From Bermanella sp. (lineage in GTDB: Bacteria > Pseudomonadota > Gammaproteobacteria > Pseudomonadales > Oceanobacteraceae): DNA of 32,000 bases. The DNA lies in NCBI GenBank assembly GCA_034111105.1, contig JAWUXY010000047.1, forward strand, positions 3,519 through 35,518, written 5' to 3'. Under the pieces are notes generated by a model. The model was not told the DNA's origin and made no database searches. It saw nothing but the letters and a program-made list of their open reading frames with translations. Shown here one piece after another: positions 1 through 8,823 of the stretch (position 1 is the first letter of the stretch; every line of letters starts with the position of its first letter). A program made the position numbers and the translations under genes.

Positions 1-61
1 GACTGGCTAATGCAGGCGCGGTTTGAGCCGTCGCCAACGCTTGCGCGGAGACAAAAATCAT
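1..61 (-). CDS. fliO: FliO flagellar export-gate accessory protein, first 20 codons only (runs off the window)
   Basis: ATG at 59-61 (minus), 41 nt after the fliN stop, with AAGAG 7 nt upstream. It reads MIFVSAQALATAQTAPALAS. The call rests mainly on conserved fliN-fliO synteny. Confidence 0.5.
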   Translation of the reverse strand, partial: MIFVSAQALATAQTAPALAS

Positions 62-102
62 AGCGCTACTCTTTTATTATTTTTTTGATTAATATTCAAC
101 GC

Positions 103-633
103 TTAACGTAAACGCTGGATACGCTCACTTTGACTGATGACATCTGTTAAACGAATACCAAATTTATCGTTCACCATAACCACTTCACCATGGGCAATTA
201 ACGTTCCGTTAACCAAAACATCTAACGGTTCACCTGCCAATCTGTCTAATTCAATCACGGAGCCTTGATTAAGTTGTAACAAATTACGAATGGGTATTTG
301 GGTATTACCCACTTCCATTGATATCACAACCGAAATATCAAGTATGACGTCAAGTTCTGGCGTGGTTGTATCGAGTTTCTCAGGCTCATCATCACCGTCA
401 AATTCTTCCATGGGCGCCGGTTTAACACCGTCATCCTCATCGTCGTCATCTGTTTCGCCGGCTTCTTCCATCGCGGCAGCCCACTCATCCGCTAAGCCTT
501 CATCTTCACCGCTGGCTTCTTCTACGCCACCCGCCACTTCACTTGCTAATGATTCAGCATCGACACCTGACTCTTCCGAACCTTCGCCAGCACCCTCTGT
601 TGGTTCTTCTGTGGTGTTTTCGTCATCACTCAT
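103..633 (-). CDS. fliN: FliN flagellar motor switch (C-ring) protein with an acidic low-complexity N-terminus
   Basis: C-terminal SpoA/FliN domain (LDVILDISVVISMEVGNTQIPIRNLLQLNQGSVIELDRLAGEPLDVLVNG...FGIRLTDV). 4-nt overlap with fliM. Confidence 0.95.
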   Translation of the reverse strand: MSDDENTTEEPTEGAGEGSEESGVDAESLASEVAGGVEEASGEDEGLADEWAAAMEEAGETDDDDEDDGVKPAPMEEFDGDDEPEKLDTTTPELDVILDISVVISMEVGNTQIPIRNLLQLNQGSVIELDRLAGEPLDVLVNGTLIAHGEVVMVNDKFGIRLTDVISQSERIQRLR

Positions 634-1625
634 ACTGATAATCCATCTTTGTGACTATTATTTATTTTTCGTTTTATTGATTCTTTAATTTTTACTGCCA
701 ACACTTCGTTTGATACACCTAATTGTCCGCGGAAAATAGGCGTACCATTTGCCTGTAAAATAAAATCTTCTGGCATATCAATCGGGATCACATCTCCGGT
801 TTTAAATGCCGCCACTTCACGTAATGAAATTTCCTGCTGAACAATGGTGCCATGTATCGGAACTTTGGCGTTCTGGATATCTTCTTGCAAAGATTGCACC
901 CATCTTTCATCAACTTCATCGACGTCGGATTGCACACCGGCATCAAGCACTTCTCGAATGGGTTCAATCATTGAATAGGGTAACGCCACGTGTAAATAAC
1001 CTCCGCCGCCATCCAATTCAATATGGAATGAACTGACCACCACCACTTCACTTGGGCTAACAATATTGGCCATAGCTGGGTTTACTTCACTGCCGTAGTA
1101 TTCAAACTCCAAAGGCAAGACGGCATGCCATGCTTCTTTCATGTCTTTAAAAACTTGGCTTAAAATTAATTGCACAACACGTAATTCTGTTGGTGTAAAT
1201 TCACGGCCTTCGATTTTTGCATGGCGACCATCACCACCAAAAAAGTTATCCACTAATTTGAACACTAATTTAGCGTCAAGAATAAATAAGGCAGTACCTC
1301 TAAGAGGTCGGGCTTTGACCATGTTTAACGAGGTAGGGACATAAAGTGTGTGGATATACTCACCAAACTTCATGATTTGAATGCCGCCACTGGCTACATC
1401 AGCACTGCGGCGCAAGAAATTAAACATACTAATACGCGTATAACGCGCAAATCGCTCGTTAATCATCTCCAAAGTGGGCATGCGCCCACGTACAATTCGA
1501 TCTTGGCTTGAAAGGTCATAGGACTTAACACCTTCGCCACCACTAGGGTCTTCCGGCTCTATATCACCATCGTCTACCCCGTGTAACAGGGCATCAATTT
1601 CGTCTTGACTTAACAGATCTTGCAC
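630..1625 (-). CDS. fliM: FliM flagellar motor switch protein
   Basis: N-terminal CheY-P binding motif LSQDEIDALL, typical FliM middle domain, and a C-terminal FliN-like domain. Lies between fliL and fliN. Confidence 0.97.
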   Translation of the reverse strand: MQDLLSQDEIDALLHGVDDGDIEPEDPSGGEGVKSYDLSSQDRIVRGRMPTLEMINERFARYTRISMFNFLRRSADVASGGIQIMKFGEYIHTLYVPTSLNMVKARPLRGTALFILDAKLVFKLVDNFFGGDGRHAKIEGREFTPTELRVVQLILSQVFKDMKEAWHAVLPLEFEYYGSEVNPAMANIVSPSEVVVVSSFHIELDGGGGYLHVALPYSMIEPIREVLDAGVQSDVDEVDERWVQSLQEDIQNAKVPIHGTIVQQEISLREVAAFKTGDVIPIDMPEDFILQANGTPIFRGQLGVSNEVLAVKIKESIKRKINNSHKDGLSV

Positions 1626-1671
1626 GAGTCAACGACCCTCTATAAACGGCTAATAGAAAACATGGCAAACA

Positions 1672-2199
1672 TCACTGCATGACATAATTGGTAAATAATA
1701 TTTGTTCTAAACCACCCTCAATACCGGTTTCTTGTGTTATTAAGCGTTGAATTTCTTCTTGCAGTTTAATACGAACATCCGCTCGACCTTCTGCTGTGCG
1801 TAAATGCTCATAACTTTGCTGCCCTAGTAACGAAATGATCGAGCTTCGAATCATAGGGCTGTGCATTTCTAACGCTTCAGCAATGCCAGGGTCACGTGTC
1901 ATGGCTTCCATGTATATTTGTAGATACCGTTGGCGAGGACCCACTTGATAATTCACAATAAATTCAGGTTTCAATTTGATATAAATAGCAGGCCCCGCAG
2001 TCGGTGCAGTTTCGACTTCTTCGGCAACGGCATCCTCGGATGTTTCTTCTGCTGGTTCATCATCACCACCCATTAACAACAAAGCGGCTGCGACACCAAT
2101 GCCTATAACCAATACCGCGACTATGATAATGATGATCAATTTTTTATTGCTTTTGGGTGCTTCTACCGTATCCAATTGCAGTTCTTTTTCGTTCGCCAT
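1672..2199 (-). CDS. fliL: FliL flagellar basal-body-associated protein
   Basis: 175 aa with a single N-terminal TM helix (KKLIIIIIVAVLVIGIGVAAALLLM) followed by a FliL-like domain. Position is immediately upstream of fliM. Confidence 0.85.
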   Translation of the reverse strand: MANEKELQLDTVEAPKSNKKLIIIIIVAVLVIGIGVAAALLLMGGDDEPAEETSEDAVAEEVETAPTAGPAIYIKLKPEFIVNYQVGPRQRYLQIYMEAMTRDPGIAEALEMHSPMIRSSIISLLGQQSYEHLRTAEGRADVRIKLQEEIQRLITQETGIEGGLEQILFTNYVMQ

Positions 2200-2229
2200 A
2201 CGTCACCTTTTTGATGCTTAGTTAAAATC

Positions 2230-2245
2230 TGCAAGCCTTATGCCA
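2230..2245 (-). promoter_or_regulatory. Sigma-54 (-24/-12) promoter for fliLMNO...
   Basis: The minus strand reads TGGCAT-AAGGC-TTGCA (consensus TGGCAC-N5-TTGCW), with correct GG-N10-GC spacing. It lies about 31 nt upstream of the fliL ATG, and an AAGGTGA SD follows. Confidence 0.7.
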
Positions 2246-2328
2246 CGAACACAAAGAAACCTTTGGGTCTGTAGCGCCAATTTGCATAAGCTATTTATAA
2301 TGTAAGTGTAGACAAGAACAACAGAAGA

Positions 2329-2357
2329 GCCTTGCCACCGAGTTATGACGGCAAGGC
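2329..2357 (-). terminator. Hairpin after fliK, possibly a weak or attenuating terminator
   Basis: 8-bp GC-rich inverted repeat GCCTTGCC / GGCAAGGC with a 13-nt loop, 22 nt after the fliK stop. The downstream tract on the minus strand (TCTTCTGTTGTTCTTG) is only moderately U-rich. Confidence 0.35.
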
Positions 2358-2378
2358 GAAATACGAAGCGATAAAAAT

Positions 2379-3758
2379 TTAAGCGAAATAGTCCACCAGT
2401 GAATCACTTTCCATTGATTGAACCGCTTGTTCATCCGTCAAGTCAGAGTCGGAAAGGTCGCCCGCTATTTCGCCATCACCTGCCAGCCCATCATCAGTGT
2501 TTTGACCTTGTTGCTCACGACCTTGTTCAGAGACATTCACATCGGCTAAATTAATACCTTGTTGCTCTAATAGTTCACGCAGCCTAGGAGACTGTGCTTC
2601 TAATGCATCACGAACGGTTTGATTATTACTGCCAAACGCGACACTGACTTGATCGTTTTGAACTTTTATTTTCACTTCAAGTGAGCCTAACTCTGGTGGA
2701 TCCAATTGAATACGAGCAGTTTGTACACTTTCACTGGCCATGATACTGATGCGCTTCGCCACTTGATCATTCCACTGAGGGTGCTGAGGCGGCACATCTA
2801 ATTTATTAAACGTGGTTGAAAATTTTTCTGACATCTGGGTTTTAGAGGTATCTGTTTGATCCAGCGCCATGGATTTTGCAGGGTTAGCGTCTTTTAACCC
2901 ATTTAAGACTGCATCCGCTGTACCGGCTTTAACATCTTGCATCAGGCTAGGTTCTTGCGTTTGTGTAACGGGCGCGGCTGAATTTTCTTTTAAAACACTT
3001 AATGTTTTAGGCTGTTCATGGATCGACGTGTCTTCGAGTTCTAGTCCATCTAAGCTCACGTCATCCAACACGCTTTCCATACCAAGTTCATCAAGGTTGA
3101 TCATTTTACTATTTTGAGCGGCCATACCTGCCAGAGGGTTCACTGCTTGCTGGATAGGCTCGAGTAATTTTTCAGGCTCACCTTGACTGCCTTGCCTCAT
3201 GGCTAAATCCGATGGCGCTATTTTTACCTGACCATTGGCATCGGTTAACACGCCTTTCATGTCAAGAGCGTCGGTTTCTTCACTATCTAATGGTGCGCTA
3301 CTTTGTGTTTGAACTTGAAAATGTGGTTGCGCTCGACGCAAACTTTCAAGGTACTGTAACCCTTGCGGAGCATCTCCTTCGCTAGACTGTAAAGTGTCTG
3401 GTTGAATATTTTGAGCGTACAGCACACTACTTTCATCGCTGTGTATGTACACCTGAGGTTGCAGCGCAGGGGGACCCATAAAATCAGGATTTAGATCTTC
3501 AAGATGGTTATCGTCAAGGGTATACGTGTGCGGTAAATAAGCGGCAAATTCTTGCCCTATTGGCATGCTGGCGAGCTCACTCGCCGCTTGAAGTTGATCA
3601 AAGAAATTTAATCCATTTGCACCATTACTAGTCGTATCGGCAGAAAGACTACTGCTCTGAACTGGGCCTAAAACCCCTGCTTTACCCGTAATAGGCTGAG
3701 ATAACGGGTTGCTATTAGTAGTTGGTGAAACGAGAGCAAATAAAGGCGATACCGGCAT
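2379..3758 (-). CDS. fliK: FliK flagellar hook-length control protein
   Basis: 459 aa, Q/S/P/T-rich and disordered. C-terminal Flg_hook-type domain (ARIQLDPPELGSLEVKIKVQNDQVSVAFGSNNQTVRDALEAQSPRLRELLEQQGINLADVNV). Position is upstream of fliL. Confidence 0.85.
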   Translation of the reverse strand: MPVSPLFALVSPTTNSNPLSQPITGKAGVLGPVQSSSLSADTTSNGANGLNFFDQLQAASELASMPIGQEFAAYLPHTYTLDDNHLEDLNPDFMGPPALQPQVYIHSDESSVLYAQNIQPDTLQSSEGDAPQGLQYLESLRRAQPHFQVQTQSSAPLDSEETDALDMKGVLTDANGQVKIAPSDLAMRQGSQGEPEKLLEPIQQAVNPLAGMAAQNSKMINLDELGMESVLDDVSLDGLELEDTSIHEQPKTLSVLKENSAAPVTQTQEPSLMQDVKAGTADAVLNGLKDANPAKSMALDQTDTSKTQMSEKFSTTFNKLDVPPQHPQWNDQVAKRISIMASESVQTARIQLDPPELGSLEVKIKVQNDQVSVAFGSNNQTVRDALEAQSPRLRELLEQQGINLADVNVSEQGREQQGQNTDDGLAGDGEIAGDLSDSDLTDEQAVQSMESDSLVDYFA

Positions 3759-3793
3759 GACTTAACCCAATTAATTCTTTGATACAAAGAATT

Positions 3794-3809
3794 TGCAATG
3801 CTTAGGCCA
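3794..3809 (-). promoter_or_regulatory. Sigma-54 (-24/-12) promoter for fliK
   Basis: The minus strand reads TGGCCT-AAGCA-TTGCA. It starts 13 nt after the stop of the Hpt gene and lies about 36 nt upstream of the fliK ATG. Confidence 0.7.
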
Positions 3810-3821
3810 AGTTTTAAAAAG

Positions 3822-4154
3822 TTACTGTAATTCTTGAAGTTGGGCTTTAACCAATAAAAATTCTTGTTCTATCTTTTCAAATACTTGTGATACATCATCT
3901 AACTTTTGAGCTCGACCTGAGTCTTCAACTGTTTTAAATAATGCAGATAATGACTCTGCGCATACATTGGCACTCGAACCTTTTAAACTATGTGCTAACT
4001 CAGCTACTTGGAGGCTATCGGTTGAACTAATAGCCTCTTTTAAAGCCATCATTTTTGTATCACTATCATTAAGATAGGTCATGACAAGATCACCAAAGCT
4101 ATCTTCCATGATGTCTTTTAATTCTTCTATTTGCGAAATATTCAAGTGGGACAT
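3822..4154 (-). CDS. Stand-alone Hpt histidine phosphotransfer protein (HptB-like)
   Basis: 110 aa four-helix-type protein with the Hpt signature AHSLKGSSANV. Starts 5 nt downstream of the REC-PP2C-kinase gene. Confidence 0.85.
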   Translation of the reverse strand: MSHLNISQIEELKDIMEDSFGDLVMTYLNDSDTKMMALKEAISSTDSLQVAELAHSLKGSSANVCAESLSALFKTVEDSGRAQKLDDVSQVFEKIEQEFLLVKAQLQELQ

Positions 4155-4159
4155 AGCAC

Positions 4160-5875
4160 TTACTCCTCAAGCTGAGTTTTCCATGACAAGCAAACCTGTA
4201 CTTTGTTGCCTTTACCAAAATAAATAAGACTATCACATAAACTATAAATCAGTGGAATGCCTCGACCACAATAGGCTGAATTATCTTCAGATTTAAGGTT
4301 GAAATTGTTGTTATCATATTTAAATCCCTCGCCACTGTCTTCAACCACAATGGTGAGCTTACCACCCTTATCGAGTGGTTCAAGATCAAAGTCAAACTTA
4401 ACAAATGTATCCTTTAAAGATTCCATAGCGATATTACGTAAACGATAATATTCCGCAAAGCCATCAGCTGTTTTTTTAAGATCCGAACTTAAACCTAATA
4501 CACCGTGTTCAAATGCATTAGAGAATAGTTCCGCCATTAACGTATAAAGTTGACCACTTAAGTTACGCAGTGCAGGTACATCATTAAGTATATTCAACAT
4601 GACGGGAAGAGGATTAAATGTTTTTAGGGTCTCGTCTCTTAGGGTGTAGACCATATTCCAATCGGTCGGGCCCGTCACTGCACCACTGGATAAATCAATA
4701 TCAACTTTGGCAATCTCTGACTCATCCACCATTGATAACTCTAATAAAGTGGTATCATCATCACGACCATTCTCGCCTGCGAATTGATTCACATTTTTCA
4801 AAATATTATCGAAAAATAATTCACTATCAGGTTCATCAAAAATAGCAAATAAGCGCTCATCACCAAATAGTTCGCCCTCCGTATTACGGGCTTCTATGAT
4901 GCCATCAGACCACATATAAAGTTTATCACCCGGAATAAATCTAAACGTGGCAGTATCGGCATCAAATGCTTGTGATGACAACACACCCAGCGGCAAATGG
5001 TTTGATTTAATGCGTTCAATTTCTCCGGTTTCTTTACGATATAACCCAAAGTCCGGTAACCCACCCATCCAAACTTCTATTTCTTGGCGTCTGAAACTTA
5101 AATTCACCATACAGGTACAGCAAAAGTAACCTACTGGTAGTATTTTTTTTAGTTTGATATTTATTTCACGTAAAATATCAACCATGAAGAAGCCTTTGGC
5201 TGTCATACCATAAAATATTTCAGCAAGGGGCATCGCACCAATCGCAGCGGGCAAGCCGTGTCCGGTAAAGTCACCTAATAGAATATGAATACTGCCAGAA
5301 GGTTTGCGTGCTGCGAGCAAGACGTCACCATTAAAAATAGAGAATGGTGACAACATGTGTTTAATATTGGGTAGATCTAAACAACCACTGTGGGCCACAT
5401 TATCATAAACGGCTCGAGCCACTTGTTGCTCATGGCGCATATGTTCATTATTTTCTCTAATGACATCTCGCTGATCTTGTAGAGTATTATGCATTTTGAG
5501 CATACGACTAAATGCATTAATTTTAGCCTGCAAGATAATTTTGTTGTACGGTTTTGAAATGAAATCATCGCCACCGCTTTCAAGGCACGTAGCAAGATCA
5601 GACGCTTCTTGTAGGGAGGTTAAGAAGATAATGGGGACCATATCTTCACCTGCTAATGCCTTAATAGACTTAGCAGCTTGCTGCCCATTTAAGTTGGGCA
5701 TAATGACATCAAGTAAAATGATATCGGGTTTGTGTTCTAAAAATTGATTAATGGCTTCGTTGCCATCAGCCGCTTCACACACGCTGTGCCCCATTTTCTT
5801 AACAATGGCACACAGTATCATTCGGTCAGATTGATTATCATCCGCCACCAATATATGCAGTGGTGTTTCATCCAT
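4160..5875 (-). CDS. Response-regulator receiver + PP2C/SpoIIE Ser phosphatase + RsbW/SpoIIAB-like HATPase Ser kinase (HsbR-like partner-switching regulator)
   Basis: REC motifs are VADDNQSD, IILLDVIMPNLNG and ISKPY. PP2C motifs are GDFTGHGLPAAIGAM, WSDGIIEARN and GRDDDTTLLEL. The C-terminal HATPase has an N-box ELFSNAFEHG, G1 VEDSGEGF and G2 GRGIPLI. Confidence 0.88.
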   Translation of the reverse strand: MDETPLHILVADDNQSDRMILCAIVKKMGHSVCEAADGNEAINQFLEHKPDIILLDVIMPNLNGQQAAKSIKALAGEDMVPIIFLTSLQEASDLATCLESGGDDFISKPYNKIILQAKINAFSRMLKMHNTLQDQRDVIRENNEHMRHEQQVARAVYDNVAHSGCLDLPNIKHMLSPFSIFNGDVLLAARKPSGSIHILLGDFTGHGLPAAIGAMPLAEIFYGMTAKGFFMVDILREINIKLKKILPVGYFCCTCMVNLSFRRQEIEVWMGGLPDFGLYRKETGEIERIKSNHLPLGVLSSQAFDADTATFRFIPGDKLYMWSDGIIEARNTEGELFGDERLFAIFDEPDSELFFDNILKNVNQFAGENGRDDDTTLLELSMVDESEIAKVDIDLSSGAVTGPTDWNMVYTLRDETLKTFNPLPVMLNILNDVPALRNLSGQLYTLMAELFSNAFEHGVLGLSSDLKKTADGFAEYYRLRNIAMESLKDTFVKFDFDLEPLDKGGKLTIVVEDSGEGFKYDNNNFNLKSEDNSAYCGRGIPLIYSLCDSLIYFGKGNKVQVCLSWKTQLEE

Positions 5876-5896
5876 AGCGGACCTCAGCTATACCGT

Positions 5897-6196
5897 TTAT
5901 TCGATCGTAAACAGTTGCTCAAAGTTAGAAATCGTTAAAATCTTTTTAACATCCGCATTACAGCGGCTAATACGAACATTGGCACTTTCTCCGCCAGCAT
6001 GGTCACGTAGTAGTAGTAACATGCCTAAAGCAGAACTATCTAAATAAGACGCTTTAGCCATATCAATGACGTATTTATTGACACCACTATCAGCATCCTC
6101 ATACGCATCTCGAAACTCTTGATGAGCACTAAAGTCGAATCGTCCTTCAACAACGACCGTAAGTTCATCACCTTTAATAGAAGTATTTATCGGCAT
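5897..6196 (-). CDS. STAS-domain anti-sigma-factor antagonist (HsbA/SpoIIAA/RsbV-like)
   Basis: 99 aa with the canonical phospho-serine context YLDSSALGMLLLL. Lies 21 nt upstream of the PP2C/kinase gene. Confidence 0.82.
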   Translation of the reverse strand: MPINTSIKGDELTVVVEGRFDFSAHQEFRDAYEDADSGVNKYVIDMAKASYLDSSALGMLLLLRDHAGGESANVRISRCNADVKKILTISNFEQLFTIE

Positions 6197-6272
6197 GTCA
6201 AACCTCTTATATCCTTTGCGTAGTTTTACTGCTTTCTTTGAGCATAGTTCAAAAAAAATAGTTTAGTAAAAT

Positions 6273-7331
6273 TTAGTGTTTAATTGCGTTTTTTAATTTT
6301 TTTACCGTATGGGCTGCAATTTGATTCAAGGGTAGAATGATGTTTTCAGCGCCTAATTCGACTGCTGCACCCGGCATCCCCCAGACCACTGAGCTTTCTT
6401 TGTCTTGTACAATATTATAACTGCCAGCTTGTTTCATGCGTAACATTGCAGCCGCACCGTCGGCCCCCATCCCCGTTAACATAATACCAATCGTACGTTT
6501 AACTAACTGCGGGTGGCGTGTAATAGAATCAAATAACACTTCAACAGAGGGTTTATGTAAATTGACTCGCTCACCGTCATATACTTTGCAATAGAAGTGC
6601 CCGCCTTTTTGTAGCACCTCAAACTGCCGGTCACCAGGGGCTATGTAAATGTGACCTGGCATGATTTTATCGCCATCTTGTGCTTCGCTCACGTCTTGAG
6701 GGATAAGATTATTAATACGATTGGCAAATGAGCTGCTAAATACGGGCGGGATATGCTGAGTGATAACAATGGGCGGCGTATCAGCAGGCAGCATACACAG
6801 TAACTCACGAATGGCTTCTGTTCCTCCTGTTGACGCACCAATCACAATTATGGCGTCACGATTCAATCCTTGTTTCGTAATGGGCTTAACAGTTTTGCTA
6901 GCTGATCGATTAGCCTGAATTTCTAAGCGACTCACATTAGCGACTGAGGCCGTTCTTACTTTATTAACAATCTCATCAGCGTATTCGGCTAATAACTCAG
7001 GTTTATCGGCGCTAGGCTTACCGATATAATCCACCGCACCAATTTCTAATGCTTCAAGTGTTGAAGGGGCGCCTTTTTGCGTTAATGTTGAGATCATCAC
7101 CACTGGCAATGGGCGTAAACGCATAAGATTACGTAAGAAGGTAATGCCGTCCATTTTCGGCATTTCAATATCAAGTGTGATAACGTCAGGATTAAGTGTC
7201 TTGATTTTTTCCCTAGCAATATAAGGGTCGGCAGCCGTGCCCACCACTTCTATATTCGCTTGATTCGATAATATCTCAGTGAGTACTTTTCGTATTAAGA
7301 TAGAATCATCTACGATCAAAACTTTAATCAT
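6273..7331 (-). CDS. cheB: CheB chemotaxis response regulator protein-glutamate methylesterase
   Basis: N-terminal REC (IKVLIVDDS, DVITLDIEMPKMDG) plus a methylesterase domain (GASTGGTEA, ITQHIPP, LTGMGADGA). Confidence 0.95.
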   Translation of the reverse strand: MIKVLIVDDSILIRKVLTEILSNQANIEVVGTAADPYIAREKIKTLNPDVITLDIEMPKMDGITFLRNLMRLRPLPVVMISTLTQKGAPSTLEALEIGAVDYIGKPSADKPELLAEYADEIVNKVRTASVANVSRLEIQANRSASKTVKPITKQGLNRDAIIVIGASTGGTEAIRELLCMLPADTPPIVITQHIPPVFSSSFANRINNLIPQDVSEAQDGDKIMPGHIYIAPGDRQFEVLQKGGHFYCKVYDGERVNLHKPSVEVLFDSITRHPQLVKRTIGIMLTGMGADGAAAMLRMKQAGSYNIVQDKESSVVWGMPGAAVELGAENIILPLNQIAAHTVKKLKNAIKH

Positions 7332-7343
7332 GACCCACCTAAC

Positions 7344-7985
7344 TTAATCAAATAATTCAATATTAGAGTCATCTTTATGCTCCCTAATTGAATCGAGGTA
7401 ACCTTTTTCACGCTCAATGATCGTTTCATTGCGCGTCGTTGTAATTCGCCTAACTTTGACACTACCAGTATCAGGAAAATATAATATTTTTCGAGAAAAA
7501 ACATCCCCTACATCAGCGGCTTTTACTTTAATACCTTCTTTACGCAAAAAATCATAAGCAAATAAAATATTTCGCTGACCCACATCAGTCATACTCGCCA
7601 GTACTTGACCACCACCAAATAGCTTCACCTCAAGGTTGCGCTTTGAACACCCTAATTTATAAAGCGTATTTAATAGGTATTCCATTGCCCAGTTACCATA
7701 ACGAGTTTCTGATGTATTAGCATCACTCCCCCATTGTGGCGTACTGTGCTCATTTTGTATCGGCAACATAAAATGATTCATACCACCAATTCCTAACGTC
7801 ACATCTCGCACGCAAGCACTGATACAAGAGCCTAAAACGGTACTGATCATTTCACCGTGAGTCGTGATATAAAATTCACCCGGTAAAATCTTTGCTGACC
7901 ACACATTGAGCTTGGGATCAAAGTATCGATTAACATGTTCAAAACCCTTTTCAGCCACTGGCTGACTTAACGGATGATGATCCAT
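7344..7985 (-). CDS. cheD: CheD chemoreceptor glutamine deamidase
   Basis: CheD family motifs (TVLGSCISACVRD, GGMNHFMLP, VKLFGGG). The start overlaps the cheR stop by 1 nt (TAATG). Confidence 0.9.
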   Translation of the reverse strand: MDHHPLSQPVAEKGFEHVNRYFDPKLNVWSAKILPGEFYITTHGEMISTVLGSCISACVRDVTLGIGGMNHFMLPIQNEHSTPQWGSDANTSETRYGNWAMEYLLNTLYKLGCSKRNLEVKLFGGGQVLASMTDVGQRNILFAYDFLRKEGIKVKAADVGDVFSRKILYFPDTGSVKVRRITTTRNETIIEREKGYLDSIREHKDDSNIELFD

Positions 7986-8809
7986 TACCTTACCTTTTGA
8001 TAAATAGTGCGACCTTTAGGCTCAAACCGTGACGTCATACCGTGTAAGGTTTCACTGTGGCCAATAAACAAATACCCACCATCATTGAGTTGATCTGCTA
8101 GCCGTTCAAATAATTCTTTTTGTGTTTCTTTGTTAAAATAAATCACTACATTACGACAAAAAATAACATCAAATTTTGCCGTCATAGGCCATGGCCCTAA
8201 AAGATTAAGGCGGTTAAACTGAATCAGCGCTTTAATATCTGACTTAACCATTCCCATGGCAGTTCCCGAGTTTTGTTGAAAACAAGACAAGTAATCACGC
8301 GGCAATTGTTCGATTTCAGTTAGGGGGTACACCCCTTCTCGACCTTTTTTTAATACATCACTATCAAGATCAGTGGCTAAAATTTTAATATCATGCTGCT
8401 TGACCATCATATTTTTATATAATGTGATGGCAATGCTGTAAGGCTCGGGCCCAGTAGAACAAGCCGAAGACCAAATTCGAATAGGCTTAGACTTATCTTG
8501 TTTTTTCCACTGAGGAATAAGTTCTTTTGCTAAGTATTCGAAATGATGTGATTCACGAAAAAATGAGGTGAGATTAGTCGTAATTGAATTTACAAATTCA
8601 TTTACTTCAGACGTTTGGTTAGCATCTAAATATTTGCAGTACTGTGCAAAGTTTTTTAGACCCAGTTTTCTGATACGTCGAGATACACGACTGTAGACCA
8701 GTTCTTTTTTTTGATCACCCAGTACGATACCGCTAATATCATACGCCATGGCTGTGAGGCGTTTAAAGTCCTCATCAGCCATTGGGAATTCCTTTCCAGT
8801 GAAATCCAT
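7985..8809 (-). CDS. cheR: CheR chemotaxis protein methyltransferase
   Basis: Contains FFRESHHFEYL, the SAM motif IRIWSSACSTGPEPYSIA, DVIFCRNVVIYF and GGYLFIGHSE. Confidence 0.95.
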   Translation of the reverse strand: MDFTGKEFPMADEDFKRLTAMAYDISGIVLGDQKKELVYSRVSRRIRKLGLKNFAQYCKYLDANQTSEVNEFVNSITTNLTSFFRESHHFEYLAKELIPQWKKQDKSKPIRIWSSACSTGPEPYSIAITLYKNMMVKQHDIKILATDLDSDVLKKGREGVYPLTEIEQLPRDYLSCFQQNSGTAMGMVKSDIKALIQFNRLNLLGPWPMTAKFDVIFCRNVVIYFNKETQKELFERLADQLNDGGYLFIGHSETLHGMTSRFEPKGRTIYQKVR

Positions 8810-8823
8810 ATTAATTTACGTCA

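Noticed and set aside
103-330. Acidic low-complexity N-terminus of FliN as something special. Similar acidic stretches occur in FliF, FliK and CheA linkers.
   Set aside because: It is a compositional bias seen throughout the proteins of this window, and it lies in linker regions that vary between species. It is not evidence of a distinct function.
290-688. 132-aa plus-strand ORF (S/P-rich) antisense to fliN
   Set aside because: It is entirely the complement of the acidic low-complexity part of fliN. It has a serine/proline homopolymer-like composition, no SD and no recognisable domain, so it is a shadow ORF.
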